Shown piece after piece: positions 1 to 12,784 of a stretch of 64,000 bases of DNA (the first letter of the stretch is position 1; each line of letters begins with the position of its first letter). Position numbers and translations under genes: made by a program. The DNA is from the human T2T-CHM13v2.0 reference genome, Homo sapiens, in assembly GCF_009914755.1 (NCBI RefSeq), contig NC_060939.1. One strand, given 5' to 3'. A model generated the notes under the pieces. It searched no databases. It saw only the letters and a list, made by a program, of their open reading frames with translations, and was not told where the DNA came from.

Positions 1-505
1 CACGGACCTCAGCTACATCATACACTGACCCAGAGCAAAGCTTTCCCTATGGTTCCAAAGACAACTAGTATTCAACAAACCTTGTATAGTGTATGTTTTG
101 CCATATTTAATATTAATAGCAGAGGAAGACTCCTTTTTTCATCACTGTATGAATTTTTTATAATGTTTTTTTAAAATATATTTCATGTATACTTATAAAC
201 TAATTCACACAAGTGTTTGTCTTAGATGATTAAGGAAGACTATATCTAGATCATGTCTGATTTTTTATTGTGACTTCTCCAGCCCTGGTCTGAATTTCTT
301 AAGGTTTTATAAACAAATGCTGCTATTTATTAGCTGCAAGAATGCACTTTAGAACTATTTGACAATTCAGACTTTCAAAATAAAGATGTAAATGACTGGC
401 CAATAATAACCATTTTAGGAAGGTGTTTTGAATTCTGTATGTATATATTCACTTTCTGACATTTAGATATGCCAAAAGAATTAAAATCAAAAGCACTAAG
501 AAATA
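1..505 (+). other. KIF23: 3' UTR / terminal exon of upstream gene, probably KIF23 (MKLP1)
   Basis: AU-rich, repeat-free sequence with AATAAA at 379-384 and ATTAAA at 480-485, then GT-rich sequence (~510-525). Gene identity comes from recalled synteny (KIF23 immediately upstream of RPLP1, same strand). No CDS is visible in the window. Confidence 0.75.
379..485 (+). terminator. Tandem polyadenylation signals (AATAAA 379-384; ATTAAA 480-485)
   Basis: Hexamers read directly; U/GU-rich downstream elements follow each. Confidence 0.65.
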
Positions 506-838
506 CATAGTTGTGTGATGGCTGTTCATTCAACACGTCCTCCCAGCACCTGGCACAGTGCCCTGCATTTACCTGGCACTCATTGTTTGCGGGATGAATT
601 AAAAGAAAGCTCTAAAAAATACAAGATAATATGATGTTAAACGGACAATGCCTTTTTTTATGTGACAACCATAATTATCTACATATTAAGTATGACTTCT
701 AGACATTTAAACAAAAAGCATAGTTTGGGGACAACATAAATTAGAAAAAATACTGTCGAAACCATGGTGAAATATCCCATTGCATGGGTGAACACACATT
801 TTACTTGGATTTAATTTGGATTTCTTTTGAGGCTGAGC

Positions 839-1123
839 TTTTTTTTTTTTGAGATGAGTTTCGCTCTTGTTGCCTAGGCTGGAGTGCAATGGCACGATTT
901 TGGCTCACCGCAAACTCTGTCTCCTGGGTTCAGGCAATTCTTCTGCCTTAGCCTCCGAGTAGCTGGGATTACAGGCATGCGCCACTACGCCCAGCTAATT
1001 TTGTATTTTTAGTAGAGATGGTTTCTTAATGTTGGTCAGACTGGTTTTGAACTCCCAACCTCAGCCACCTGCCTCGGCCTCCCATAGTGCTGGGATTACA
1101 GGTGTGAGCCACTGTGCCCGGCC
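839..1123 (-). mobile_element. AluS
   Basis: Full dimeric Alu in reverse complement, poly-T first. Confidence 0.9.
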
Positions 1124-1179
1124 ACTTTTTTTTTTTTTTTAACTAAAATGATAGTTTAATCTTTTGTTATTAATAATAA

Positions 1180-1580
<401 letters not shown>

Positions 1581-1672
1581 TATATGTGTGTTTTTAGAAT
1601 GCTTCAGGACACTAAAGGTTAAATTGCTATTGCAGTAGATACAGAATTTATTTCTTGATTTTCTTCTTAAAG

Positions 1673-2189
<517 letters not shown>

Positions 2190-2222
2190 GCTTTTTAAAT
2201 TATTATTTAAAATAATAGAGAC

Positions 2223-2537
2223 AGCCCGGGCATGGTGGCTCACAACTGTAATCCCAGTACTTTGAGAGGCTGAAACAGGATGGCTTGAGGTCAGGAGTTC
2301 AAGACCAGCCTGAGCAACATGGTGAAATCCCATCCCTACAAAAAGTTTAAAAATTAGCCAGGTGTGGTGGCACGCACCTGTAGTCCCACCTACTGGGGAG
2401 GCTGAGGTGGGAGGATTGCCTGAGCCTGGGAGGCAGTGGTTGCAGGGAGGCAGTGGTTGCAGTGAGTTGTGATGGCACCACTGTGCCCCAGCCTGGGCAA
2501 TGGAGTGAGACCCTGTCTCAAAAACAAACAAACAAAA
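2223..2537 (+). mobile_element. AluJ inserted in a minus-strand Alu left monomer (remainder 2541-2665)
   Basis: Alu + strand; flanking duplicate TAATAGAGAC on both sides; internal 17-bp tandem duplication at 2428-2461. Confidence 0.85.
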
Positions 2538-2562
2538 AGTTAATAGAGACTGGGTCTCACTA

Positions 2563-2991
<429 letters not shown>

Positions 2992-3282
2992 TTAATGGCT
3001 TATTGCATAGTATTTTCAAAATATTAATAGGAAATTTTTACTACGATAGGAGAATATGGGGCAGTGGAATTTGTCTGAAGTAACTGTTGAATCCACTAAG
3101 TCCTTCATCAACACAAAAGGAAATGCATGAGTACTGATGTTTTGCTTAACTACTTCTCTTGAATAGCTGTGGTTAGTGCTTACTGTTTGATACCCTGTAA
3201 AAAGTATTATCTATAATATATAGATGGAGAAGAAGATTATTTCCTCAATGACCACAAAGTGCCACTTGTCAACCAGATCAGT

Positions 3283-3576
<294 letters not shown>

Positions 3577-4095
3577 CAGATCAGTTTTTTATGTACACTG
3601 CTGGACAAACAGTATTTTGGACTGACTCATTGTAGCTTTGGAAATGTTTGGATTTTTTAATAGCTTTAACCTTTCTTGACCAAAATTCCACTATAATGGC
3701 TGCTTAGATTTGGATGAAAACTCAACAGCTTTATTTTTTAAAAGTTTGATAGCTTTATAAATGCTTTTTTAAAAAATTCCGGATGTGAAAATATTTATGT
3801 TTGTAGTTAAGATTGACCCAAGTGGGACTCTAGATCGGTGGATTCCAACAGAAATGTTTCTTCAGAGATGATTATTAAATAATGGGATGGACTAAACAAA
3901 GAAGGTGCCCCCCCCCCCACCAAAAAAAAAGATATATATACATAGAACTAACTTTCCGGTAAACTAAGCAAATTCCACGAGGAATGCAAAGATGACCATT
4001 TTTGAAGGTAGGAATTTAAATTGGGTTTAGATAACAAATAACGGGTTGTAGACAGCTTACCCATAATCCCTCCTTCCCCCAAGCACTAGGCAGTG

Positions 4096-4320
4096 AAGTT
4101 AGACTTCTGGATTCCACCTCCACGCTCACCGCGCGGCACTATGCAATCTTCGGTTAGTTACCAGGTCTAAGTTAGGCTTCTGGATTCCAACTCCACGCTC
4201 CACCGCGCGGAACTATGCAATCTTGAGTTAGCTACCGGGTCTAAGTTAGGCTTCTAGATTCCAAATCCACGCTCCACTGCGCGGTAACTACATAATCTTG
4301 GGCTAGTTTACCAGCTCTAA
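4096..4320 (+). repeat. 3 tandem copies of a 73-76 bp unit (MIR-derived)
   Basis: Units start at 4096, 4169 and 4243 (AAGTTAG.CTTCT.GATTCCA..TCCACGCTC..GCGCGG..). Sequence continues into a MIR 3' part to ~4440 (GTGAGGATTA..CAGTGCCTGGGACATAGTAAGCGCTC). Confidence 0.85.
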
Positions 4321-4739
4321 GACTTAATTTTGCCATATGCAAGATGGAGATAACATCCAACTCCTGGTGTGTGAGGATTACGTGAATCCTTGCAGAATGT
4401 GGCTCAGTGCCTGGGACATAGTAAGCGCTCTACGGCTTCTGCTAGCATAACGCTGTTAGTTTCTCTCTTCCTCCTACATCTACCTATCTCAACCAAGGTC
4501 CTGCGCTAAGCAGGGGCCTCCAAGCTGGGACGCAGCCCTTACTCTCAGGGTCAGCGCCGGCTGGGAAGGCCGCGACCTAACCAGGAGATTACGAACAATG
4601 TCACCAGGGCCACAGCGGAGCTCCTGCCAAGTCAAGCAACTCATGGAACCAACGGAGGCGAAGTCCGAATACCTAGGCAACCCTAACCTAAAAGTGTTTT
4701 TAACGTTCTCAGGTCCTATAATTTACCCAAATAAAGTGG

Positions 4740-4910
4740 GACCGTATTTGCAGGCGCTGAGAAACTTTCTCAACAGTAAGAACCAATCAGGCGCAGTGCG
4801 CAGGCGCCTTCAGTGGGTCCTGGGTCCGCCTCTTCCGCCCGGTGCGGGCGCCGATTGGTCCGCGTGGACACATAAGAGGCTGCGTATAGGCGCGAGAGCC
4901 CCTTTCCTCA
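4740..4910 (+). promoter_or_regulatory. RPLP1: RPLP1 core promoter with 5'TOP/TCT initiator
   Basis: CCAAT 4783-4787, NRF1-like TGCGCAGGCGC 4797-4807, CTTCCG/CCGCCC 4832-4840, reverse CCAAT (ATTGG) 4854-4858, CATAAG at ~-30 (4871-4876), pyrimidine tract CCCCTTTCCTC 4899-4909. Confidence 0.85.
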
Positions 4911-5029
4911 GCTGCCGCCAAGGTGCTCGGTCCTTCCGAGGAAGCTAAGGCTGCGTTGGGGTGAGGCCCTCACTTCATCCGGCGACTAGCACCGCGTCCG
5001 GCAGCGCCAGCCCTACACTCGCCCGCGCC

Positions 5030-5101
5030 ATGGCCTCTGTCTCCGAGCTCGCCTGCATCTACTCGGCCCTCATTCTGCACGACGATGAGGTGACAGTCAC
5101 G
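5030..5101 (+). CDS. RPLP1: RPLP1 exon 1 coding part (MASVSELACIYSALILHDDEVTVT)
   Basis: Kozak GCCATGG at 5030; translation matches the P1 N-terminus; donor G|GTGAGT at 5101/5102. Confidence 0.98.
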
Positions 5102-5727
5102 GTGAGTGCGGGCGCGGGCCGGCGGCCGGGCTGCCTGTGGGCGGTGACTTTCGGCTCTCCATGCGGTTCCCGGCTCCAGGCCGTTCGACTGAGCACTTCC
5201 GGCCGGGGCCAGGCCGCGAACACAGGCCGCATAGGGCGGGCGCTCCTCGGGGCTGGGGCCTCTCTCCGGGCAGGTCCTGGGCCCCCGGGACCACGTGCGG
5301 GCCCAGCGGGCATGGAGTGCGCTTGAGGCTGGGCGCTCCGGCTCCAAGAGCCTTCGTGTAGAAAAGCTCTTCCGCAGTGCTTGGGCACCCTGACCCGTGC
5401 CTCGTCTCTCTCAGGGACACTTACTCGGACCTCTTTCGGTGTAATTGCCTTGAATTCCCCCGGTCGTGGAGGAAGGCGCCCGAGCTCGGCTCCACCTCCC
5501 AGGTCTTGTAACTTAAAAATAGCCGCGTGACTCAGGCAAGTCCCAGCCCGTGAAACAGCAGTGATGGGCTCGCCTCATTGCAGGGCGCCTGGCACACATC
5601 TCTTTTGCTTGTGATAGAATATTTGAGCTGGTTAAACATGTTATGTACACTTATTGAGTGACGTGCAGCATTTTGGAGATATTACATACGCTACGTTTTG
5701 ATGGATTGACGTTTTTATTTGTTGTAG

Positions 5728-5802
5728 GAGGATAAGATCAATGCCCTCATTAAAGCAGCCGGTGTAAATGTTGAGCCTTTTTGGCCTGGCTTGTTTGCAA
5801 AG
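5728..5802 (+). CDS. RPLP1: RPLP1 exon 2 (EDKINALIKAAGVNVEPFWPGLFAK)
   Basis: Acceptor TTGTAG| at 5727, donor AAG|GTAAGG; 75 nt, phase 0-0. Confidence 0.98.
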
Positions 5803-6029
5803 GTAAGGTGATGGTGGCAAAGTGATTGTGGTAAGGCCTGCTGATTTACGAGGGCAGTTGTACATGCTAAAGTACCCCCAGCGGTGCCATAACGCCCCAC
5901 ATGCCGCTGGATCTCCTAGGTGTTTTTCGTTGCATGTATATCTCTAGGAGCTAATAAGATTTCAGCTTGTCAAGTCTTACGTTTCCTTATCAGACTCTGG
6001 TTTCCCTTTTGCTCTGAAACCATGGTTAA

Positions 6030-6411
<382 letters not shown>

Positions 6412-6947
6412 CGCAAGCAAATTCTTTCAGTAAATTCTTGCATTAAACCTATGGTTTGATGGACATTTGGGTTTAGCGGACTTCATTGACACAGTAGGTA
6501 CTGTGTGTTGGGATATAAAAGACTAATAAAGAGGTTCCTGGTCATGGAGCTTGCACTGGCTATTTTCCATTGTACAGGTTACTTAATCTCTGTCAAGTGA
6601 AGCTAATAGCATCTAACTCCAGGGTTGTGACCTCTAAAGAGTTTTGAAAGATTGAAAACATTGTACCTATGTCATATTTAACAAGCCCCTTTTGAAGTCC
6701 TATATTTGTTTAGTAGACTGAAAATTTGAATTCACTGTTAAGAGGAGACATGGAACTGTGGAAAGAATATTCATTTGAGTGTTTCAGGAAGTTTGGATTT
6801 TTTTTTTACCAACATATTATTTGTAAAAGGAGGGAAATCAGCTGCCTCAGGAGGTTCTTAACATATAGGAATGTAATTATCAGATTCAAAGCTGAACAGT
6901 AGTGCGTTGCCCTGTAACCTAAGTCTTGGCTGTTAGCAAAGAAAAGC

Positions 6948-7130
6948 CAGTGTCTGGGGTATTGGTTCCAGGACCTTCCACTAATAACAAAATCCCAGGA
7001 TGTTCCATCTCTTATATAAATGTATTTGCATATAACCTATGCACATCCTCCTGTATACTTTAGAAGTCTACATGTTTGGTACACATGCTTATTTTTCCAC
7101 TGTTGAATCCATGGATGTGGAACTCACTGT
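6948..7130 (+). mobile_element. MER2 (Tigger) DNA transposon, internally deleted, in RPLP1 intron 2
   Basis: TTGGTTCCAGGACC, GTATTTGCATATAACCTATGCACATCCTCCTGTATACTTTA and GTTGAATCCATGGATGTGGAA match the recalled MER2 consensus. Confidence 0.8.
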
Positions 7131-7250
7131 ATATAGTGTTAGGGGTTGATCACTGTAACCTGGAATGGGGGATACTTTTCGTTTTTGGCTGCGTGAGTGC
7201 TTAACAAGGACAGAACTGGGCGTTTACCTATGCATGCACATGTATTGCAG

Positions 7251-7368
7251 GCCCTGGCCAACGTCAACATTGGGAGCCTCATCTGCAATGTAGGGGCCGG
7301 TGGACCTGCTCCAGCAGCTGGTGCTGCACCAGCAGGAGGTCCTGCCCCCTCCACTGCTGCTGCTCCAG
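7251..7368 (+). CDS. RPLP1: RPLP1 exon 3 (ALANVNIGSLICNVGAGGPAPAAGAAPAGGPAPSTAAAP)
   Basis: Acceptor TTGCAG|, donor CAG|GTAGGA; encodes the Ala/Gly/Pro hinge of P proteins. Confidence 0.98.
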
Positions 7369-7508
7369 GTAGGAAACATGGAGTTTTTAGTATTGGGAGG
7401 AGTGTAGAGATTTTTTTAAAAATAGTATTATAGACAAAATTGCCATTAATTTTTCACAAGTATATGAAGTATGGAAATCCTAACACCTGATTGACTTTTT
7501 TTTTCTAG

Positions 7509-7588
7509 CTGAGGAGAAGAAAGTGGAAGCAAAGAAAGAAGAATCCGAGGAGTCTGATGATGACATGGGCTTTGGTCTTTTTGACTAA
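7509..7588 (+). CDS. RPLP1: RPLP1 exon 4 coding part (AEEKKVEAKKEESEESDDDMGFGLFD*)
   Basis: Acceptor poly-T CTAG|; conserved P-protein C-terminus DDDMGFGLFD; TAA 7586-7588; spliced total 114 aa. Confidence 0.98.
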
Positions 7589-7608
7589 ACCTCTTTTATA
7601 ACATGTTC

Positions 7609-7614
7609 AATAAA
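7609..7614 (+). terminator. RPLP1: RPLP1 proximal poly(A) signal
   Basis: AATAAA 20 nt after the stop codon, followed by GT/T-rich sequence. Confidence 0.9.
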
Positions 7615-8687
7615 AAGCTGAACTTTACTGCTGTTGGTCTTGTCCATAGTTTTGGAATGTGCTCTGCAAAAATGGTCTGTTTTGTAATGTTGGCTTTCAG
7701 CCTATTCTGCCATGACACAGGCTGGATTTTCCCTGCCACCATTGCCGGATGTGAGATTTAGACAATCCTGATGCTAACAAGAAGGCACCTCATGGTACAG
7801 TGTTGAAAACTGCACTGGGGTGGCAGGAGGAAGGATCAGAGCAGATGCTTTGTCCAGGTTACCTGTGTAAACTTGATGATTATAAGGTGTGTCCCCTACA
7901 CTGGGGGTGGAGGGTAATACAGACCAGCTTTAGAAAGCCTCCTGGGTATTTACCCTATACAACCCTGCCTAAGAACGAACTTTGACGTATGCTGAATGTT
8001 GACTGCTACATCCCAAGGTTGTAAAAAAACAAGACTTAGCTATGTAATGTCTCACCAAATGTTTGGGAGTTTTATGATAACACTGAAGGAGTGCAGAAAG
8101 TTTACTTAATAGTTTATTAAGGTCTCCAGTTACACAAAGTGGAAAAAAAAAAGATTCAAACCTGTGTTCCAAAAACTAAGAGCTTTTTTTGTTTGCCAAT
8201 TAATAATACCATGAATGGAATTTTCAACTTTTCAGGCTTGGATTTATATAATAAACCGTGGGTATTGTGTGTTCAGAGCAGCTAATGACATGCCAGGCAC
8301 ATGAATGAGTCTTATCCTTACCTCCATTAGCATTTAGTAGATGAAGACATTCAGTGATGAAAAGCGTGACTTCTAGCCGGGACTCCTCGTGTCAATGTGA
8401 AAAAGACCATTTGTGTAAGTTACTACAACTACTTGGGGAAAATGGCAGTTCTACTTTGAGGCATTACTCAAGAGAAACTACATGTGGACATAGGATACAT
8501 GCCTGGGAATGTTCAAAGCAACACTTGGGGCTTCTCATAAGCTCAAAAAAGACATTAAATATATGCATCTGCTAAGAGTAATAAATACCAAAGACGGGAT
8601 AGTGAACAATTTAGGACCTTGAGCAAGGTGGAGTTGACAATGGGTAGGAGTATGTAGGTGTCAGTATTAGAGTTTTATGTTTTAAGT

Positions 8688-8943
8688 TTTTTGAGAGGGG
8701 TTCTTTTGCTGTGGCCCAGGCTGGAGTGCAGTGGTGCAGCCATGGCTTACTGCAGCTTCAAACTCCCAGGCTCAAATCGGTCATCCCACCTCAGCCACCC
8801 TCAAGTAGCTGGGACTACAGGCATGCCACCATGCCTGGCTAATTTTTTGTAGGAAAACCTCAATCTCCTGGTGTTAAGTGATCTGCACGCCTTGACCTCC
8901 CGAAGTGCTGGGAGATTGCAAGTATGAGCCACCATGCCTGGCT
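8688..8943 (-). mobile_element. AluJ with internal deletion
   Basis: Alu blocks in reverse complement. Confidence 0.85.
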
Positions 8944-8959
8944 AGTTTTGTGTTTTTAA

Positions 8960-9406
8960 TACATGGCTTGAGCATCCCTTACCCAAAACCCAAAACGTAA
9001 ACGTGACACGCAAAGGAAATGCTCATTGGAACGTTTTGGATTTTCAGGTAAGGAATGCCCAACCTGTATATTAAAACCATAGGCCAGGCATGGTGGTTCA
9101 TGCCTGCGATTCCTGCACTTTGGGAGGCTGAGGCAGGAGGATTGCTTAAACCTATCCCAGCCTCTACAAGAAATTTTGTTTTAAATTAGTGCAGTGTGGT
9201 GGCATGTACCTGTGGCTTCAGTGAGCCGTGTTTGTATCATTACACTCAAGACTGGGTGACAGAGCAGGACCCTGTCTAAAATTATCTAAGATCATAAAGT
9301 ATACATAAAAACCTTAAGTATATACAAATATTCCGAAGTCTGGAAAAAAGTAGAAATCTGAAACACAAATGGTTCCAAGCATTTCGGATAAGGGATGCTT
9401 AGCCTG
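8960..9406 (+). mobile_element. Tigger4a/MER46-like DNA transposon interrupted by a degenerate Alu (9082-9278)
   Basis: TTGAGCATCCC..AAAGGAAATGCTCATTGGA..TTTTGGATTTTC and CAAGCATTTCGGATAAGGGATGCTTAGCCTG terminal-repeat-like ends. Confidence 0.75.
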
Positions 9407-10021
9407 TACGAAAGGGCAATTGTGAACTAGTGAGGATGGTGTCACAAGACAAAGATAAGGGATAGCCTATATCCACATGTTAAGTGCCTGCTTTTCCTTC
9501 ACCCATTAACAGCTAACATTAGCTAGGACTGCTCATCTGTGTGGCATGTCATTCTTCACAACAGTCCCATGACAGTATGTCCCCATGTTGGGGATGGGGA
9601 AGTGGAAGCTCTCAGGTTACAAACTAGTAAGTGGATGGGTGAACCAGATTAAAACCCACTCTGTCCCTGTTCCCTTAACAGCATGGTCCATGCGTCTGGT
9701 CCTTTCTCCCACCTGCATCAGCTTCCTCAACTATAATGACCGTAGGGTTCTGGAGAGGTAACAGTAGGAATTCTTTGTGCTGAGTGAACAAGTGTCAGAG
9801 GAGGGAATACTAACACTTCACTTAGCTGAAAAATGGGTTAAAGAGAATACTAACAAGATACGGGAAAAGGACAGCATCTAGAAGAGCAGACATTAAGTGG
9901 TAAGCTAGGGATATTGTAAATATCAAACTCAGCTATCCAAACAATCCAATCATAGCTAAAATGTTCACTAGCAAGACTCCAATGTTAACAGTCTATAAGT
10001 CCATGGCCCAGGCTTTTTCCC

Positions 10022-10229
10022 CCACTCAGACTGCATTCTCTCCCTCGGAGGAAGAGAAGAACCATCATCAATGGCAAATGACAGTTGCAGCAAAGCAACA
10101 CCAAGAGCCAACCTCACGCTCAGCAGAGAATGCTGTGCTGCCACCTCCTCATGGTTTCCAGTGTTGTACATGTTAAGAGAAACTTCTCTAGTAAGGAACT
10201 ACAGAATTGATGCCTGAAATTATACTCTT
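10022..10229 (-). pseudogene. U3 snoRNA (SNORD3) retrocopy
   Basis: Minus strand reads AAGAGTATAATTTCAGGCATCAATTCTGTAG..TTACTAGAGAAGTTTCTCT..CTGAGCGTGA..GCTGCAACTG..GCCATTGATGAT..GAGGGAGAGAATGCAGTCTGAGTGG, collinear with U3 end to end, with substitutions and a ~11 nt deletion. Confidence 0.92.
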
Positions 10230-10238
10230 GGTCCAGCA

Positions 10239-10398
10239 TTTTTTTTTTTTCAATTTATTTGAGACAGGGTCTCACTGTTGCCCAGGCTGGAGTGCAGTGG
10301 CATGGTCATAGCTCACTGCAGCCTTTCTTGGGCTAAGTGATCCTCCCGCCTCAGCCTCCTGAGTGGCTGGGACTGTAGGCATGAGCCACCCTGCCTGG
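10239..10398 (-). mobile_element. Free Alu monomer (FRAM-like)
   Basis: Single right-arm-type monomer with its own poly-T. Confidence 0.8.
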
Positions 10399-10776
10399 CA
10401 TGGCCCAGCTTTTTAAGAAATCTTAATATAGCTAAAAATCTTTCTAAAGAACAATTTGAAAATCAAATTAGGAGACCCACATACATACATAGAAATACTA
10501 ACTTAATTCATCTGGTACTGAATGAAGTCCTCTTTGTTTCATCTGCTTTCTAGTTCTCCTGAGCCTTCTTTTTTTTTTGTTTTTTGTTTTTTGTTTTTTT
10601 TTTTTGCAAATGGGAATATCTATTTCATATTGGGGAATGAAAGAGGTAAGTGAACATTCAATACTTGTTACTTCCCTTTTGCATACAGTACAAGGAACAT
10701 GGCTGGCATCCCTCGTTCCCCAAATCTCCAGGTCTAGTAGGTCCAAGCCTTGTGCTCCTCAAACCCCCTACCCCCC

Positions 10777-11081
10777 ATTTTTTCTGTTTGTTTTTTGTTT
10801 TGTTTTTTTGAGACAGAGTCTCACTCTGTCTCCCAGGCCTGAGTGCAGTGGCGCGATCTCGGCTCACTGCAGCCTCCGCCTCCAAGCAATTTTCCTGCCT
10901 CAGCCTCCTAAGTAGCTGGGATTACAGGTGTGCGCCACCACACCTGGCTAATTTTTTATTTTCAGTAGAGACAGGGTTTCACCATATTGGTCAGGCTGGT
11001 CTTGAACTCCTGACCTCATGATCCGCCTGCCTCAGCCTCCCAAAGTGCTGGGATTACAAGCGTGAGCCGCTGCACCCGGCC
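10777..11081 (-). mobile_element. AluS
   Basis: Full Alu in reverse complement. Confidence 0.9.
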
Positions 11082-11549
11082 CCCCATTCTTATCAATCAG
11101 GCAGGTTTGGTTTCTCGTATTTCATACTTCTGATTGTTCACCAAGCATACATGTTACTTTGCTTACATTTCCATTGCTCTCAGCATTGTGTTCACATCTG
11201 TGGCCACTGGAAGCGTACCCAGGTCCATGGCTGGCCAACTCACACCCCTTTAAAAGTCTATCAGCAGGAAGCCAAGATTAGGCATGAAGGGCTCTCATGT
11301 TCTGGAGAACTGTAGGAACAGACATGCTCATAGACAAACCATCTGAACAACTTCATAAGCCTGTATTGTCACTGAATGTGTTGCACAATGGGATAAGTAA
11401 AAATATCCAAAGCTCCTGCCAATCGTTTTACTTTCTAATTTTTTTTTTTTTTTTGCTTCTTCTCAACTGAAAATAAGGAGAGAACCACATGTGAAATTTT
11501 AAAACCACCTTTTGGAAGAGATAAACACTCTAATTAAAATGAAAGAATT

Positions 11550-11684
11550 AGGTGCAGTGGCTGAAGCCTGTAATCCCAGCACTTTGGGAGGCCCAGGCAG
11601 GCTGATCACTTGAGCCCAGGAGTTCCAGACCAGCCTGGTCAACAAAGTGAGACCCCCGTCTCTACAAAAAAAATGAAAAAATTA
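11550..11684 (+). mobile_element. AluJ left arm (5' half of an inversion-split Alu)
   Basis: Left monomer ending at the linker AAAAATTA; 5' TSD TAAAATGAAAGAATT at 11535-11549. Confidence 0.9.
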
Positions 11685-11685
11685 T

Positions 11686-11795
11686 AATGTCCAGATTATT
11701 GATCTGACCAGAACAGTCCAGGTTCCATGATGCATGCAGTGGTGTCTGTGATCTGACTTTGAGAGACATCTGGCTCTGTTTCAGAAGAACTAAAA
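11686..11795. repeat. Inverted duplication, arm 1 (partner 12785-12892)
   Basis: Reverse complement of 12785-12892 except one substitution and a 2-bp indel. Confidence 0.95.
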
Positions 11796-12009
11796 ATGCA
11801 AGTGCTGTAAAGCTTTAAAGCAGCCCATGTTTATCTCAAGTTGAATTATCCAGGCTTGCTTACAAAGATGAGAGAAAAGTGGCCTGTAAAATGACAGAGA
11901 AAAACATTAAGTGCTGGTCACTGTATCTTACAAAAGTACGTGTGTGGAGAGGACTCCGTGACACGGTAGAAGAAATGCTGGGTTGAGACAACTGAAGTGC
12001 CAGGCCTAA

Positions 12010-12389
<380 letters not shown>

Positions 12390-12631
12390 TAAGAGGGCTA
12401 ATTGAGTTCTTCTGACATGGTAAAGTCCTGAATGGGAGAACACATAAAAGTTATCTCTAAAGTGCTACTCAACCAGATCAACAATTACCTGGCTCACATT
12501 GTTCCCTAAGAATTTTCTGTACATACTCATTGAAATTATGGGAGGGACAAAGGATTTGGCATGTTTTATTTGAATTTATAGAAATACAGTAAACATTTTG
12601 CTGCATAATTATTTTGAATTCTTTCATTTTA

Positions 12632-12784
12632 CTTTATTTTTTGAGACAGGGTTTTGCTTTGTTGCCCAGGCTGGAGTGCAGTGGTGAGATCAGTGCAGTG
12701 GTGAGATCACAGCTCACTGCAGCCTCGACCTCCTGGATTCAAGCCATCTTCCCACCTTAGCCTCTGAAGTAGCTGGAACTATAG
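12632..12784 (-). mobile_element. AluJ right arm (3' half of the inversion-split Alu)
   Basis: Right monomer only; 3' TSD in reverse complement at 12617-12631; 17-bp tandem duplication at 12675-12708. Confidence 0.9.

Larger units (their letters stand above)
4500..5530. promoter_or_regulatory. CpG island over RPLP1 promoter, exon 1 and start of intron 1
   Basis: High GC content and abundant CpG relative to flanks. Confidence 0.85.

Noticed and set aside
4096-4320. CRISPR-like or tRNA-array reading of the 73-76 bp repeat
   Set aside because: There are no unique spacers, no cloverleaf, and the context is eukaryotic; tandem amplification of part of a MIR explains it.
4961-5420. Overlapping 100-125 aa ORFs on both strands at RPLP1 exon 1 / intron 1
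   Set aside because: These are stop-poor GC-rich CpG-island artefacts; only 5030-5101 is coding.
7191-7198. GC|GTGAGT donor-like site in RPLP1 intron 2
   Set aside because: It would define a 58-nt intron, too short for efficient splicing, and no good upstream acceptor was seen.
10022-10229. Functional U3 snoRNA gene
   Set aside because: Box A/A' is mutated, there is an internal deletion, no snRNA-type promoter lies upstream (an Alu monomer does), and the flanks are TSD-like, all indicating a retrocopy.
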